DNA from: Fimbriosthenelais zetlandica
Lineage: Eukaryota
Assembly: GCA_977030845.1 (NCBI GenBank)
Contig: OZ365109.1
Span: forward strand, 62,062,001-62,126,000
Direction of reading: 5' to 3'
DNA: 64,000 nt
Positions 28,273 through 41,900 of the stretch are shown here, piece by piece. Below the pieces are notes generated by a model. It was not told the origin of the DNA. It searched no databases and saw only the letters and a program-made list of their open reading frames with translations. How positions within the stretch are numbered: the stretch's first letter is position 1; each line of letters opens with the position of its first letter. The position numbers and the translations under genes are program-made.

Positions 28273-31200
28273 CTGAAAAAGTGAAGAGAATTCAGTTTAA
28301 TTTTAGTGAATCAATAGAGAAAGTGGTATGTACACAAAGCAGGCAGGATAGTCTGTTTGATGAAAGGGGGTTAGTTTTGGAGAGAGAGGGATATTACATA
28401 TATTATATTGAGAAATTCAAGAGATAAGTAGGCCGAGATAAGGATCAAAGGGTGTACAGAAGATCTCGACCGAGAATCTTAAACTATAGCATGAAAAGAT
28501 GAGATTTATGGCAAATACTTTCTTAAAAGTTGGTTGTTAATGAAATCTAATACTAAAAGGATCATTGATCTGGGGAACATGATATTCCGCAAAAAGGTTT
28601 AATAACTACAGTGCATGTTGATTGTCTGCCTTTAAAAGGATAAATAAAATGAGCAGTACATAATATTGCCGAACGTTATTAGAAAAGACAGGCGATACTT
28701 CTGATATTATACTCTATACATGTAAGTGGATATTATTATATTGTAATAACAAAATGATGAAACTGATATTAATCCGTAAGCATAACCGACTGTTTCATTG
28801 TTTCATTATTCATAACCTTTATTACAAGACAAAACCGAACTCGATTACAAAACTTTTGCTCAATATGTGTTTAGTAAAAGTCTGGAATATCAGACAGTTG
28901 GCCATGCACACAGCACAGATTGATATGAAGAATGGATTGTTAGCTAACAAAGGAGCCCATCTGGCCCATGATCATCCTACGGATCATAGGTATCAGGCAG
29001 CTTTATATATGCTTACAAATGCTTATGGCAATTGCAATCTTCATAACAGCAACAACTATAGGAGAATCCAATGACTCAGCAATATTGCAAAGTAACATGG
29101 AGATATACCAGACCTATCAAACCTAGTATACATAAACGACTATAGGAATGGTATATGTTAATATGATTTACTATGGACAATCCTAATTCAGAGACCTACA
29201 AATTATGATAAACAATAGGGTGATGTTCTGCTTTTGAGCTACAAAGAAAAAAAAGCTGCATTGAAATAAAAGGTTCTCTTTGGATTCACAGTTCTGGAGG
29301 CAAACATTAATATGATTTGATGCTATCCTCAAGAGAGCGAAATGGTACTGAAACTCCTATAAAGTGCATGATCAAGACTCTAATATGAAGTTTTAATATT
29401 TATATAAACATTTTCCATTCATATCAGATTCTCGGCAAAAATCTAATTGTGTTCATGTTGACGTGTATAAGGAAACTTCATGAATAAACCACTGGTAAAA
29501 GTGGCAATGGCCCGTGGCTCTGTCTTGCCATTTGAACTCTCTTGGGGGACAGTCACTCAGTTCCTCGGGTTCCAGGAGAATAAGCAATGTTCAGTAGAAT
29601 GGAATGAACCGAAGGAATATTTATATATTCTGCTCCGGGGGAAGCCATTTCCCTGGAGGTCAGATTCAAGAGGCTACTAGTATAGTCATCTCATTGAGAG
29701 GAAAGGGGCTTGGAAGCCCTGAAATGTATAGACAATGCCCTCCACCCATTGTCATTCCAGAGTTGGACCTTTCAATAGTTTAGGAGACTTGGAGGAGCAA
29801 GAAAGCCAGAGGCGCACGGTGAAAGTCCGAAGTGATAAGCACGGCTCCAGGCCTTCTATAATTATGGATTTATTTAATTAATGTAAAGGAAATAATACAC
29901 ATGGGTATAAACAAGAATAAGGACGTCTCCAGTCCGATAGAAATTCTCAATGAAGAAAGGCTAGGCAGACTTTACACAGCGACTTGACTAAATGGAGGTG
30001 CTAGTCCAGATTGTGCACACAACATTGTTTGCTGCCAAAGTAAATTGACTTAAAAATGATGGAATGTTGGCTTCCTGCTTACACCTAAGTAAAACCCAAC
30101 ACGAGCATGATAGATTAGAGAAGCAAATGTTAATGCATCACTGTAGCAACCATCAGTAAGCCCATGATACTGCCATCGATCTTATGGCATTGCTGGTTAA
30201 AAGGTTACACCCCAGCTGTATTGCAAAGTCAGTGGCTGTCATGAGGCTGTCAGCATGGCCAACTCTTGCAGATCACCAATGTAATATATGTTAACCAACC
30301 AACCATGACTATAGGAAATATCATTTCTGGAACAGAAAAAATAGCAGGGCATAACTCAGGATAAAATAATATATATACAAGTCTCTATTTCGTTTTTATC
30401 AGTATTTGCATGTATACTAATACTATAAAAGAGCAACCTATAATATAAAGACCCTCAACAAATCGGCTCCCAGTGTTTTTCAAGCAAGTAATACATAACA
30501 AGCAGTAATACTTGTTGCTATAAGCCCTTAATTTTCACTTTTCATTGCGTATAGTTTGCGAGAGAAGCAATTTTAGAGGCGAACACAAGAAGGATTTAAA
30601 GCATTTCCGGGGGACAAACATTGATCAAAAAGAAGTCGAGAGGGCCCATTCCATTGGCTGATTAAATTTCCCGCTTCCCATGTGACCTCTTCCAGTGACC
30701 CTTTTCAAAATGTAATCCAAGCAAACCAGTTCTTCCCGCACGCAATTCCCCATTCCGTATACGGTGATCCCCGAATAGGCTAAATTGCCGTAGTGGCCTT
30801 ATAATTAAAGAAAACATACACATGTGCTTACCGCTAACGTTTTCAAAAACTAAAGATTCAAATTTTAAGTTTCAAGGTGAAAAAACTGTGTTGGTGGACA
30901 AGATTGCAGACATTTAAATTAGACCATAATCCTTCGTAAGATCTCCTACGAAAAACCCGTTTATTATAATAATTTAGTTCACTTTTCCCTAAAGTATAAA
31001 ACAATTTATCTTTTCTCTAAATTATAAAACAGTCAGGACTGGTTCCAGCATTCCAGTATTGGCCGGTTGCAGACCACCACCAGTTCCAGACATAAATCAA
31101 GGGAATCATATTGATTCTATATTATTTCCAGCACAACCATGAACCATTAACCTAAATATAGGTCTATCTGCTCTGTACTTGGTCAATCTGCTTATTGTGA

Positions 31201-31399
31201 GTATATACATTGGACTGATGTTCAGACAATAACAAAATGTGTTGGTGGAAAATACAAATGGAATAATCCCCAAAGCCCATGCAATTGAAATACATGTCTA
31301 TTAATCTCTCCTGACATCTAATTTCATCAACAAATAAGTCTTTATCACGAAATGCACTGTAGCCTACATAACTAATGGAATCCTATTTAGCATGCAAAT

Positions 31400-33000
31400 T
31401 GCCTGAACTTGACAGAGCCAAAGTTTTTTGAATAAGAAAAGATTCACATCTTATCCGATGTCCTAAATGCCTCCAATTATCCCCCCTTGTCAGTACTGGC
31501 AGAGAACCAAATCTCTGGTCTTGTTTAACTCTGCAAGGTTGATATAATGATGAATTTATGCATGAGCTATATCCCTGTCAATCTTCTCTCGCGGACAGCA
31601 ATCAGCTCTATCTCCGACAGTTAAAGACAGGAAATACACCAGAATGGAGAAAAAAACAGCATTACAACTTCCCTGGCAAACACATTTGTCAAATGGTTCT
31701 ACACTACCTTTCTTTGTCTTTTTCAGAATCAGATTCCCTTGTCGGCCGAAGGTCCATCTCTGCCAGGGGAAGGCGTACTATGGCGGCCACGGCAGCCGTG
31801 GTGGCTGGACCCCACTGCATGCTTGTGCTACGGTTAAGTTTGTTGGGATCCATTATCTGATGCTTTAATGAGCGATTGTCATTGAATCAATATTGGAGAG
31901 CTGGCAAGATCGATGCTCCAACCCTGCCATGCAGTAGCATTGGCAGTTGTGATCACTTGTCTCTTCAGCCAAGGAACTGCCGCCACTGTCTCCTCGTTCT
32001 GATTAATACAAGAGATCTTATTACAAGATCTATCTATGTGAAGAGATTCTCATTATCTCTGATGGGTGTAGCCAGCCATTTCCTACTGCAGGAAATTGGT
32101 TGCAATATTAGCATCTCTGTTATTGTCTAATGAGGAGCACTTTACTTTACATTGAAGCCACTGTTTGCCAATCAAGGGCATAGCACTTTGATACAACCTC
32201 AACTCCAGATGATATCATAGAAGGCAATTGACAGACCTAATACTGTAACGAAAGTTGCATTATATTAACAGTCAATTCCATGAACCTGGACTACTTTGGA
32301 AGTAGGTGAAATGGGAGGATAGGAGTATCAATACCATGAAAACCAATGCAGGTCATCAAATTAGACGTGCCAGAGGCAGTCTGTGTCTGGATCCAGCTTG
32401 AAGAGAGCACATACACACCCTAAGGCAATGCTTCATTACCTGAGCCCTGGCCTTATTTACTTCCTGAAGCAAACCTCCTTATCAGACCTCCAGCAATCAT
32501 GGTCCTCTAATCCAGCCATCACGTAAGCCTGGTTTCTGCTCTTGCGTTCTAGCTGCACAGACTGAGTCTGGGTCCACTCTATAAATCTCCTTAGGGTCTT
32601 AACATATGCTACTCTTAAGGCTTCCGCCTACTATCAAATCCTATCTTTTTATTATCAACACGGGCCATTCTCCTCCTTATCTCATGTCCTCCTCAGCCTC
32701 CCTCAGCAACCATCTGATATCTTCTATTATAGCCTGGGCCCCTCTGTGCTTCATCTAAAGCACTAGGAGTTATTAAAAGCTGCCCTTGCAAATAAAACTC
32801 TTCTCCTTGCCCTTTTCTTACAGACTTAACAGAGAGGGACGCAGGGTGCAGAAGTGTCACTTGTAAATAACACCACTTTGGTTATGGGATTTCCGGGACC
32901 CAGGTCTTAATCGACTGATGGTTTCACTTTTTTCTGCTCCTGGATCTGATCTCTATGAATAGATCCACGTGCTATTTGCGGTGATGAGGACACATTAATA
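31400..33000 (-). mobile_element. Decayed LINE remnant with APE endonuclease traces
   Basis: Degenerate PDSVC, AETRL/WLD, YSYPP and VLG..DIIW motifs in order at about 32570-32200, with stops and frameshifts. It shares AATGGGAGGATA (32310-32321) with 26318-26329. Boundaries are approximate. Confidence 0.4.
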
Positions 33001-36000
33001 GAGTGTTTGATGCTTTATATTCTCTTGCTGTGGTGCAAGAGGCTCTAATTGCTCTGTCGGTGCATCCTATCATTAAGACATTGTCGATTGTGTTCAAGTA
33101 TTAAATACCGCTAAATAATGAAATCGCAATCTTTGTAGATTTTGAAATCGTCTGACCATTCCAAGATGATAGTGAACCCATTTTGAGAGCCATTTTGAAA
33201 ATCAGACCGTTAGATACAATGTATTTGGTTGGCATTCCTTTACTTGATCTTATAATGGTTTTCGCAAGGTTCCTTGTCATGAAATGTGAGCAGAATGGAA
33301 CCAATGGCCTGTCATGAACAATCTGCTGGCTGTTGTCCTAGGCTCGTTACTACGGTTTCCTTTAAATACGACACTTCTCAGACTTCACATCCAGGCCGTG
33401 GTCTACAATTGAAGCTGTGGCCTCAAATGCAATCAGCAAAGTACTATAGGGTAACCCAACAGTGGCTCACTGAAAATGAATGCTGCTCAAGCCCCCAAGT
33501 AACCTTATTTTCTGCTCCAGCTTTTTCGGTAAGGACGCCGCATGTTTTTATTTAGGCTCCATTTGCTGGCTGAGCAAGTCAAAGAACGAGGTAAAGTAAC
33601 CATCGATGGCTCTAACAAGGATGAAATATTACCGCAAATGAATGCCTTTTTCCTCAGACATCAGCAATGTTTAATCTTTTCACTGGTGTTTTCTGCATTT
33701 AAAGTTTGTTATATTATAACATGGTTTTTTTTGTAGCAGTCGCAAATATCCCAGTACTTTCTCTAGAGCAGCTGGTGGTCTGTATGGTGTATAACATTAG
33801 ATCTATATTGGACTTGCAGAATGGAGAGAAATCCTGGCGCAATGAAGTGAATCGTGAAAGGGAGGCGGAGGGACGCCGTTGGAATGGCGAAGTCTTGTCA
33901 GAGTCAATAAAGATAAAAAGCTTTCTGAATACATCTCTATATGAAGGGTGCAACGTATCAAAGAGCTGAATTGTGAGCAGATCCTCTGGTGACTCACTGA
34001 AGTATACTTGTTGATAAAAGCAAATGTTACATGTCTCGGTCCCTCTGCGATAAGGGTAAATACCAGGCATCGACTCCTTCACCACCTATTTATACTCCAA
34101 GTGGAATGGACGTTGATAAAAGTATTTGAATGCGAGGTAAGCCTAATCGATTGTATTCAAAGATAAAGTTGCAAGAAAGGAGACATTGAATTGACCTTTT
34201 CTGAACGATTATATTTGGTAGCAAGGTCCGTTCCTATATCCTGGGCACCTTTTGACAGGATCCTAATGTCTTGGCAACACAGTTTTTCAGCACGTCCTGG
34301 ACACTGTACTGTCTTTAAGAATAAATTGCCTTCCTTCCGAGCATAACATGAACTGCTCTGAGTCGCTCTGGACCCTATTGATTCTCATGTTCCTTCTCCC
34401 TCTCCATACCCATAGGGGAACTGCTGACTTGGCTCCGTGGTTTAAATATTACACATCATAATAAGTGTAAGAGGAAGCAAGCAATCAATTAAATTACTTT
34501 CATTCCCCATTTGGCCTTGGAAGGATCTGATAGGATGGCCCCAGTTTAGGTTTCCATATGTGTGTGGGTTTTATAAGAAGCAGATTACTCCAGTGTTTCT
34601 CCACTGAATGTCCCGCCTACTACTCTTCCTTCTCCCCCTGCTGGTCCTCCTCCTCCTACTAGTAGTAGTACTCCTCCATGCGCTGTCTAACCACCACCAT
34701 CGCCCGCCACCACTTGCCTCCACCGCTCACTGCTGAACTGCTCCTCCTCCTCCTCCCCCTCCTGCTGTCTCTCTAGAATGTATTGGCTCAGGGCTGAGAG
34801 AACCGTTTCCTACCAACTTTGATCCGGGCTCGGTCACTTCCACCCAATAACCCACAATTACTAAAAGCCAACGTGGAGGAAGATTTAATGTGTCCATACG
34901 TGTACTGACTCCTAATGTTATTTCCTGGGGAATCCCAAGCCACTGAAGTCCTGCAGACTACCCTATTACAGCTGTATTAATGAGATGGCCTGTCAGCATC
35001 AGGGCTGGAGCAGTGGGAGGGAGCAAATATCCCCTTCCTCACAGCCCCGGGGATTCTGCCAGTAGGTTTTAATATCCAACTCCCATACTGTTAGCTAAAG
35101 CCCCCAAATAGGCTTAGGCTACTCCAATAATTAAAAGTGAATCTCTTGGGTCTTATGCCTTGCAGGATTAGATCCATCATTATCAATTTGGTAGTCATTG
35201 CCAAACTATTGCAACTATACTTAGGCCTAATCCCAACAATTGACAAGGCCCTGATTTTGCCATGATATAACTTAGGCCTAAGGCTAAGCCTAATTGGAAA
35301 CTGTAGAGAAGATAATTATATGAAGGTAAATTATTTACAGGCTTCCAATCCTGTATGCAATCTCCCATTGCATTGAGACTTATTTATCCTGAACCTATTA
35401 TTCAGGCACCTAAAGCCATTTCCCCATGATTCCTCCTTCTTCCTGTCCTTGACTGTCTCCAGGAGTAGGTGGATTAGAAGCATTGTAAGAAGGAGCAGGT
35501 ATGTACTGACCACATCCCTTTGATCCTCTAACAGATTTAATCAGACCAGAGACCGACCCCCATTGGGTGACCAGGATGAAGTCAGGTAATAGACCAGAAA
35601 GCTGACCAGCCCGGATTATCCTCCAACCTGGTCAAACAGACTTCATATCATCTGTATTGTCACATTTGTTGATTTAATAATCAGCTTTGTTCTGCCTGTC
35701 CTTCCTAAAATCCAATGTGCAATTGGTCATCATATTGATTGGGTTTTTTAAAATATCTGTTGCTTGGCCTATTGCTGGTTGAATTTTATGTTGGGAGGTG
35801 GCTTTTGGACTGTGTCGTGTGAATATATTAATTGAGTGGGTGAGTGGGGGAAGAGTCAGTTGACTGATTGTCTGTGGTGAATTCATATATGTACACCAGA
35901 CTGTAGAGAATGGGTATCGGTGGGCGTACTATACAATTAAACTCCATTTAATTATTGGGCTATATGTAAATAAAATAATAAAAATAAAATAATATACATC

Positions 36001-36826
36001 TAGATAATAAATATTCCCATGCCACCTTGCAGTATAAAGATATAAATTTCAAATAGAAACATGACTACATATATATATGCGAGATGCTAGACTAGGTTGA
36101 GTAGGCCTACAGAGTGGAAAATATTATGCTGATAACATGGAAATGTCTCACAATTATAGGCCTATTTGTAGAAGCACGCAACAATTCTATAAATATATAA
36201 CCGTCTGCACGCCATTAGATGAGAAGCATACATGTGATGTTTGCCTATTCAATATCTTTCGGGATGCTGCCCAGAATAACAAGAAAGATTGACCGTGAAC
36301 CATCGACATGCAGTTAGCTCAGTCGATCAAGGACTCGGTGGCTTTGCCGTTTTTAGACTAACGTTAGTCGATAGCGACATGAAAGTCAATTCAATTGTAG
36401 CAGTAGGCCTAGAATATCCCTACTTATATATGTTTGTTTTGGCCTACTGATAGGCCTACTAGCACCTAAGCCTACTTCTAAGTTCTAGAGGACTGGAAAA
36501 AGTCCTGTAGATCAGGCTAGGCCTATTGCTGTTGCCCTGATTAATTCTGCACCAGTTTTTTTGTACATACTACACTTTTTCAACCATTTCCACTGTACAA
36601 TTGCATTGCCGAGATGTACTGAAAACTTACATGTTAAAGTAGCCTAGTATAGGCCTTGGTGGTGGTCTGAGGCCCACATAAACAGTTGAATGGATATCAT
36701 GCAGTTACCATGATTTCATCCACTGTGATATAGTGGTGTGGTATTTACCACGGCCACATGTTGATACCTGTAGCACATGGATTGATTGAATTATTTAAAT
36801 GACCTAATATTTCTAACGTTACTTAC

Positions 36827-37000
36827 AAGCTGCTCTCCTTCCGTGAACCATTTCTGCTTCAATTCGTTCAATATTTTGTTTGAGAGAGACAAACGTGATG
36901 AGAGATGTCCAACTTCTTTAGAACGTGTGCTCGAGCCGGAAGAAAGACGCCATCACCCAAAATGAGGCATTACTGGACGCCTACTTCCGGTTACCCGGTA
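36827..37000 (-). promoter_or_regulatory. Housekeeping-type promoter and first exon of an unidentified minus-strand transcript
   Basis: CpG-rich patch with ETS motif CCGGAAGT (minus, 36983-36990), YY1-like GTGATGGCG, and a perfect donor GTAAGT starting at 36826. Confidence 0.5.
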
Positions 37001-37174
37001 CTTGTATTATCGCTCAGCCTTTTGTGGCCTAATTCAGGTCTACCGTAGTATATTATACATTAAGTTGGGACATTTGGACCAAAAAAATGTAGGTCCTATT
37101 ACTATTACTGCAAGCTTCGGGTTTCTTTAGTTTAGGTGTTAATCGGCCGACAGGTGATCATATAGACTGTGTGA

Positions 37175-37189
37175 TGCCACCTAGTGGCC
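37175..37189 (-). promoter_or_regulatory. CTCF-like motif
   Basis: The minus strand reads GGCCACTAGGTGGCA, matching the CCACYAGRKGGC core. Confidence 0.55.
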
Positions 37190-38911
37190 GAGGTGTGAAA
37201 ATCCAATCGAGGGAATTGGACGCTCTCGCCTATTATGATTTGTTATTTTCTACATAGACATATATATAGAGGATTTATGTAGACCTATGTTTTCTAGTAG
37301 ACTAGGCCTTTTTAGGCCAAGGGCCTACATGTAGGCCTAGGTGTTGGGCATAGGCATGGCCATCTCAATACAGTTGCTCTAGGCCCTCTCCAAGTTTGTG
37401 AACATGGTCTGCAGGGTGAAAATGATGTCCTTGTAGGCCTAGGCTTATGCCCTGGGGAAATTTCTTAAAATAATAGGCCTATCAAGTCTTACATGCAAGT
37501 CCAGTTTGAACTAAGGGTTTTGTAGAAAATAACGTCATAAAATAGGCTAGGCCTAATGTATAGGTAGGCATGTAGACTAATTCAATTAGGCCTAAAAATA
37601 AAGTGTGAATTAGATGGAGAGTGATGGATGTTAAATTAGGCTAGGCTACACTAACGTTAAAGAATAAATGAAAATAGACAGTCATGTATGTAGAACAAAA
37701 TCTTAATTTCCAGGCACCAATTTTAAGTATAGGCCTAGGTACCTCTGCCTATGCAATTCGAAGCGCTTTCTCCATGTTGCCCAACCCCTGCCTAAATCCA
37801 TGCCCTGAATATGACGAGACAAAATGGTATCTTATTTGTTCTATCCCTTTGAGATGGTATGAGTCATGCAAGAAAGCAGTCTAGGCTAAATGATCAACAC
37901 TAGTAGTGATTTAGGACTGGAGAAGGGCTGGGTTATTTATGCTCGGGTGGTGCAGAATAAGGCATTGACATGCCATAGACAGTTCTACATGTAGCCTATA
38001 CCCTGACTGTCTCACTGAAAATGATTTGTTTATTACATTTTACAATCCTTTCATTGTAAAATTATTTTAGCCCGCTTTTAAATAAACCTTCAAAAATATA
38101 ACTTCCCCTTGACAATTTGGATTGATTTTTGTTAAGCAATATCTCACTTTGGCAGGGCGTTGGGATAAAATATGGTCCCTTTAAAGTTCTGAAGCACACT
38201 TGTCAGTTCTGGCCTCATTCCAAATGTGTGAGTAGTAGAATATCACGAGGCATTGCCTCAGGGATTGGTTTATTGCGAAAGAAGGAGGAAATGGTAATCA
38301 GCCCATTTCAAACTCACATAAAGCATCTTAGAGGGATGTTTTGTCTCAGTATAAAGAATATATCTGTTTGGATAAGCGTGATAACTGTCGGATATGCTAC
38401 AATTTATATTATAGCTCTTCTGGGGCAGGAGAAAAACACCTTCAGATCTGATGGGCCAGTCTGTGGGAGGCTGGAGGGGGTGTTTCATTACCTTCGTCCT
38501 GGCTGCAAGCTCCCGAGGCATAACCATATAGAAGTCAGTATATAATCACATTGGCATCCGGCGCCTAATCTTGTTAGGAGCGGCGTTTGCTGGCTTTGCT
38601 GCCATGAACTGGCATTAACTGAAGCTTCTCAATAATAAAAATCACACCTAAGGCGTCTGGGTATAAAAAAAATAATTTTTAAGTGATTCTTAGCAATACC
38701 AATTTATAAGGGCATACTATTCTTCTCCGGAAATATGAAATTCTGTATCAATGGATTTTAATGAAATAGGAAGTCAGTTTTTATGGGGCAGTGCCTTTCC
38801 CAAAGATTCTTGTACTTTTTGCACGTGTGGTCACTGTAGTGAATGCCGTGGCAATATCTAATTCTTTAAGCAAAACACATAGTGGTTCGCTGTATTGAGG
38901 TCCATGGTTGC

Positions 38912-38964
38912 CAATGAGAGTATCAAGTGTGTTACTGTTAGCAATGAGAGTATCAAGTGTGTTA
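38912..38964 (+). repeat. Tandem duplication, period 30
   Basis: CAATGAGAGTATCAAGTGTGTTA at 38912 and 38942. Confidence 0.9.
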
Positions 38965-41900
38965 GCAGGTGTGTCCGGTAATACTTTTGTTTATGCACGA
39001 GGATGGAATAATATAATCTCAACGTGACAAGTGCTAATGGCTTCCAGGAAGGAATTGTATGACCTTCTGATGCCCTCATGTGTAAATAACAGGAAATACA
39101 AATTTCCCCATTAGAATAGAACTACGCATTTGGTGGTAATGATGGGGACCATGTATACAATATACTATCATGTATTAATAGGCTAATTCCCTTATGCATT
39201 GTGTAGTTTTATAGTTGTATTAAATATACTGAGTGAAGTATGATAATCCATTCTCCTGAGTTCTATTGTAGGCCTATGTATACCGGCCGGTGCATTGTTA
39301 CTATTTGGATCATTATTAGTCTTTTCATAATAGGCCTCATATAAAGTTACTGTGGTTAATAATTATGAGCAGAAAATAGACCATACATGTAAGATTTTCT
39401 ACGCGGAATATAATTAGATTGGCTTCCCTGGGATCCCATCGAAAAGTACAAATATAAAATTATGCTGGAATATCAAATAATTTAACAACAGGCGTGGCTG
39501 AAATTGATCGAGGGACAAATCGGGTTGTGGCAAATTGTGTTACTATGCTTAAATCGGAAACCTAATTATAAGAAGTAATATAGGTCTATGTTTGATGGTG
39601 CGGAGTGTGGTAATTGCATTGCGTTAAGCTGAAATATTGAACAACACTGCTAAGCTCTTGTATGGCTGACTAGGGAGTGTGCATTTTCATTACCCTTCTC
39701 CAGTCCATTCCATACTATTTGCGGGAATGGACTATAGTCGATAGCAACCACGTGCAGATATAATGATTTTGGTATTTTACTTGAAAGTGTCCACACAGCT
39801 CCCAGCTCCCACTGCCTCCCATTGCTGCTTCCCAGCCTTCCATTGTATACACATGAACATTCCATAGATATAACATATAAAAAGTAGCTGGCAAACATTG
39901 AAACCATTTGGAAGCAGGCCCACTGCTGGAGATAAAAAAGCTTTTGATGTATGTGAATGAAAAAGAAAGGTCTGTAGAGATAGCACTGCCTGCGTAATGT
40001 CCTAAATCATGGCACGGGAGGGTGATTCGGGTCCAAATGCAAGTCATTCGGCCAATATTTTTCCAGATGTATTTGTGCTTATAACATGCAGGTACGTAGC
40101 CCACCCCATTAAACGTTTTAAATGAAGTCATTTGAAACGTGGTCCAGGAAATCAATCATGGTAGGCCTAAAAGAAACATTTATAAAATAGCCTCCCCACT
40201 CCGCACTGTATCACTATTTGGGGTTGGCATTCGATCCATGGCAACATAAAAAGGAGACAGCTGTTATATGTTGGGTCGTGAAAAAGGCTGCCTGTCAGGA
40301 AGCTTGCAATAAAAAGGTATCAAAAGGACTGGCTTACGTTACAAAGGATCAGTACAAAAAAATAAACTATGCTTTAAGGATGATTTTGAACTCTGTTACT
40401 GCTGCGGGCAACATTGCTATAAGATGCAAGTCTTCATTTTCTCCGTGTTTACTTCAGACTCTATTTCAGCAAGGATCCTGGAACTCCATGTGATACGAGG
40501 CTGCTTATTTGGTGTTGCAGATAGGGCAAATTGCTTCCACGGGGCGACCCTATAGGCAATAACAGCCAGAAACAGGGGAGAGGGCCCCAACATGTTAACT
40601 AATTGAGCAGCTAAATAGATCTACATGTAGCACCATGTAGTGGAACATAATAAGTTGGAAGAGCATATATTTAACTTGCGTGGTAATCAATTTACTTCTG
40701 AATTAAATTATTGTATTGTGGGGACATCCATTCTAGAAATATTTCTGGAAGACTTAATATGCTTCCGCAAGGCTTTCTACTAATGAATAATCAGCCACTT
40801 GATATTATGGCCTGGATTTTTCCACCCCGGTGATAACAAGTAGAGACAAGGGCAGACTCACCCATGAGTCCTCTACAATCCTGCCAATCCTAGCAATCAG
40901 ATGGAACATCTCAAGCATGGGGAACCTCCTTCACATCCCCAACCAAATGAGATCCATTCAATATAGGGTTTCACGTCATAATTCAAAACCATATTGATAT
41001 AGTGATCATAATATACCCGATCATATAATCTCATATATTATAGACAGTTCTATAATAGACATGCATGTCTGGAAACATTGGGGTGGTGTCTCCCCATCAA
41101 CATTTCCAAAAGCGGAGTTGTTATTCCTGACTCATCTATCATTGAGAACGAACGTCCGACATGCTAAAACAGAGTGCCATCTGCAGGCTGCTTAGCGGTC
41201 ACTTTATCAACAGTGGCATGGTTTAATATGGGTAATAGACGCTGGTGTTCGCTTTGTCCTACCACCCTTCAGTATATAGATGGATTGTGTAGGTGTACAT
41301 ACCTGGAGGCTGGAGGAAGCTGCTGAACATGTATAGGAAGACTGGTCCCTGACAAATTAATCTACCAGTCCTCTAATGCCATGTATTAAATGATCCAATT
41401 AACAACACAGATGTGTCAGGCCATTGCCGCGAAGTTGAGGACAAATGCTCAGGGACCTAACAGCAGTGAGATAGGCCTATATATGGATAGGTGGGTGTAG
41501 GTCTATCTAGAAAATACATAGGCTTGTATCATTCTGCTTGATACAAATATAGATTATCATTATAAAGGGGGGTTATATAATGATAAATAATGAATATGAT
41601 GTAGGCCTATCAAACAGAAACAGCAAGGAATTGATCAAGCAATAGCGGAATAATGAGTGAGTTGGTTTGTAGGTGCAGGAGCATATGAATTAGGCAATAT
41701 GTGCAAGAAAGAAGGAAGGAGTGGGTTATATGGACTGAAGGAGTAAAGGAATGAGCTTTGAATGAAGGAAGGGTAAAAGGAAGAGCTCCTTCCCTCGTAA
41801 AATTCAGTATCTACATAGTATTGCACTGTGTTGGAACCATGAGACATTCAATCCTTTCGCCAGCTTTCTGTCAAGGTATCAGTGACATTGGGAATGGCCT

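Noticed and set aside
39715-40155. 146-aa minus-strand ORF
   Set aside because: Composition is unlike a real protein (W/C-rich, no motif) and there is no supporting splice signal or promoter.
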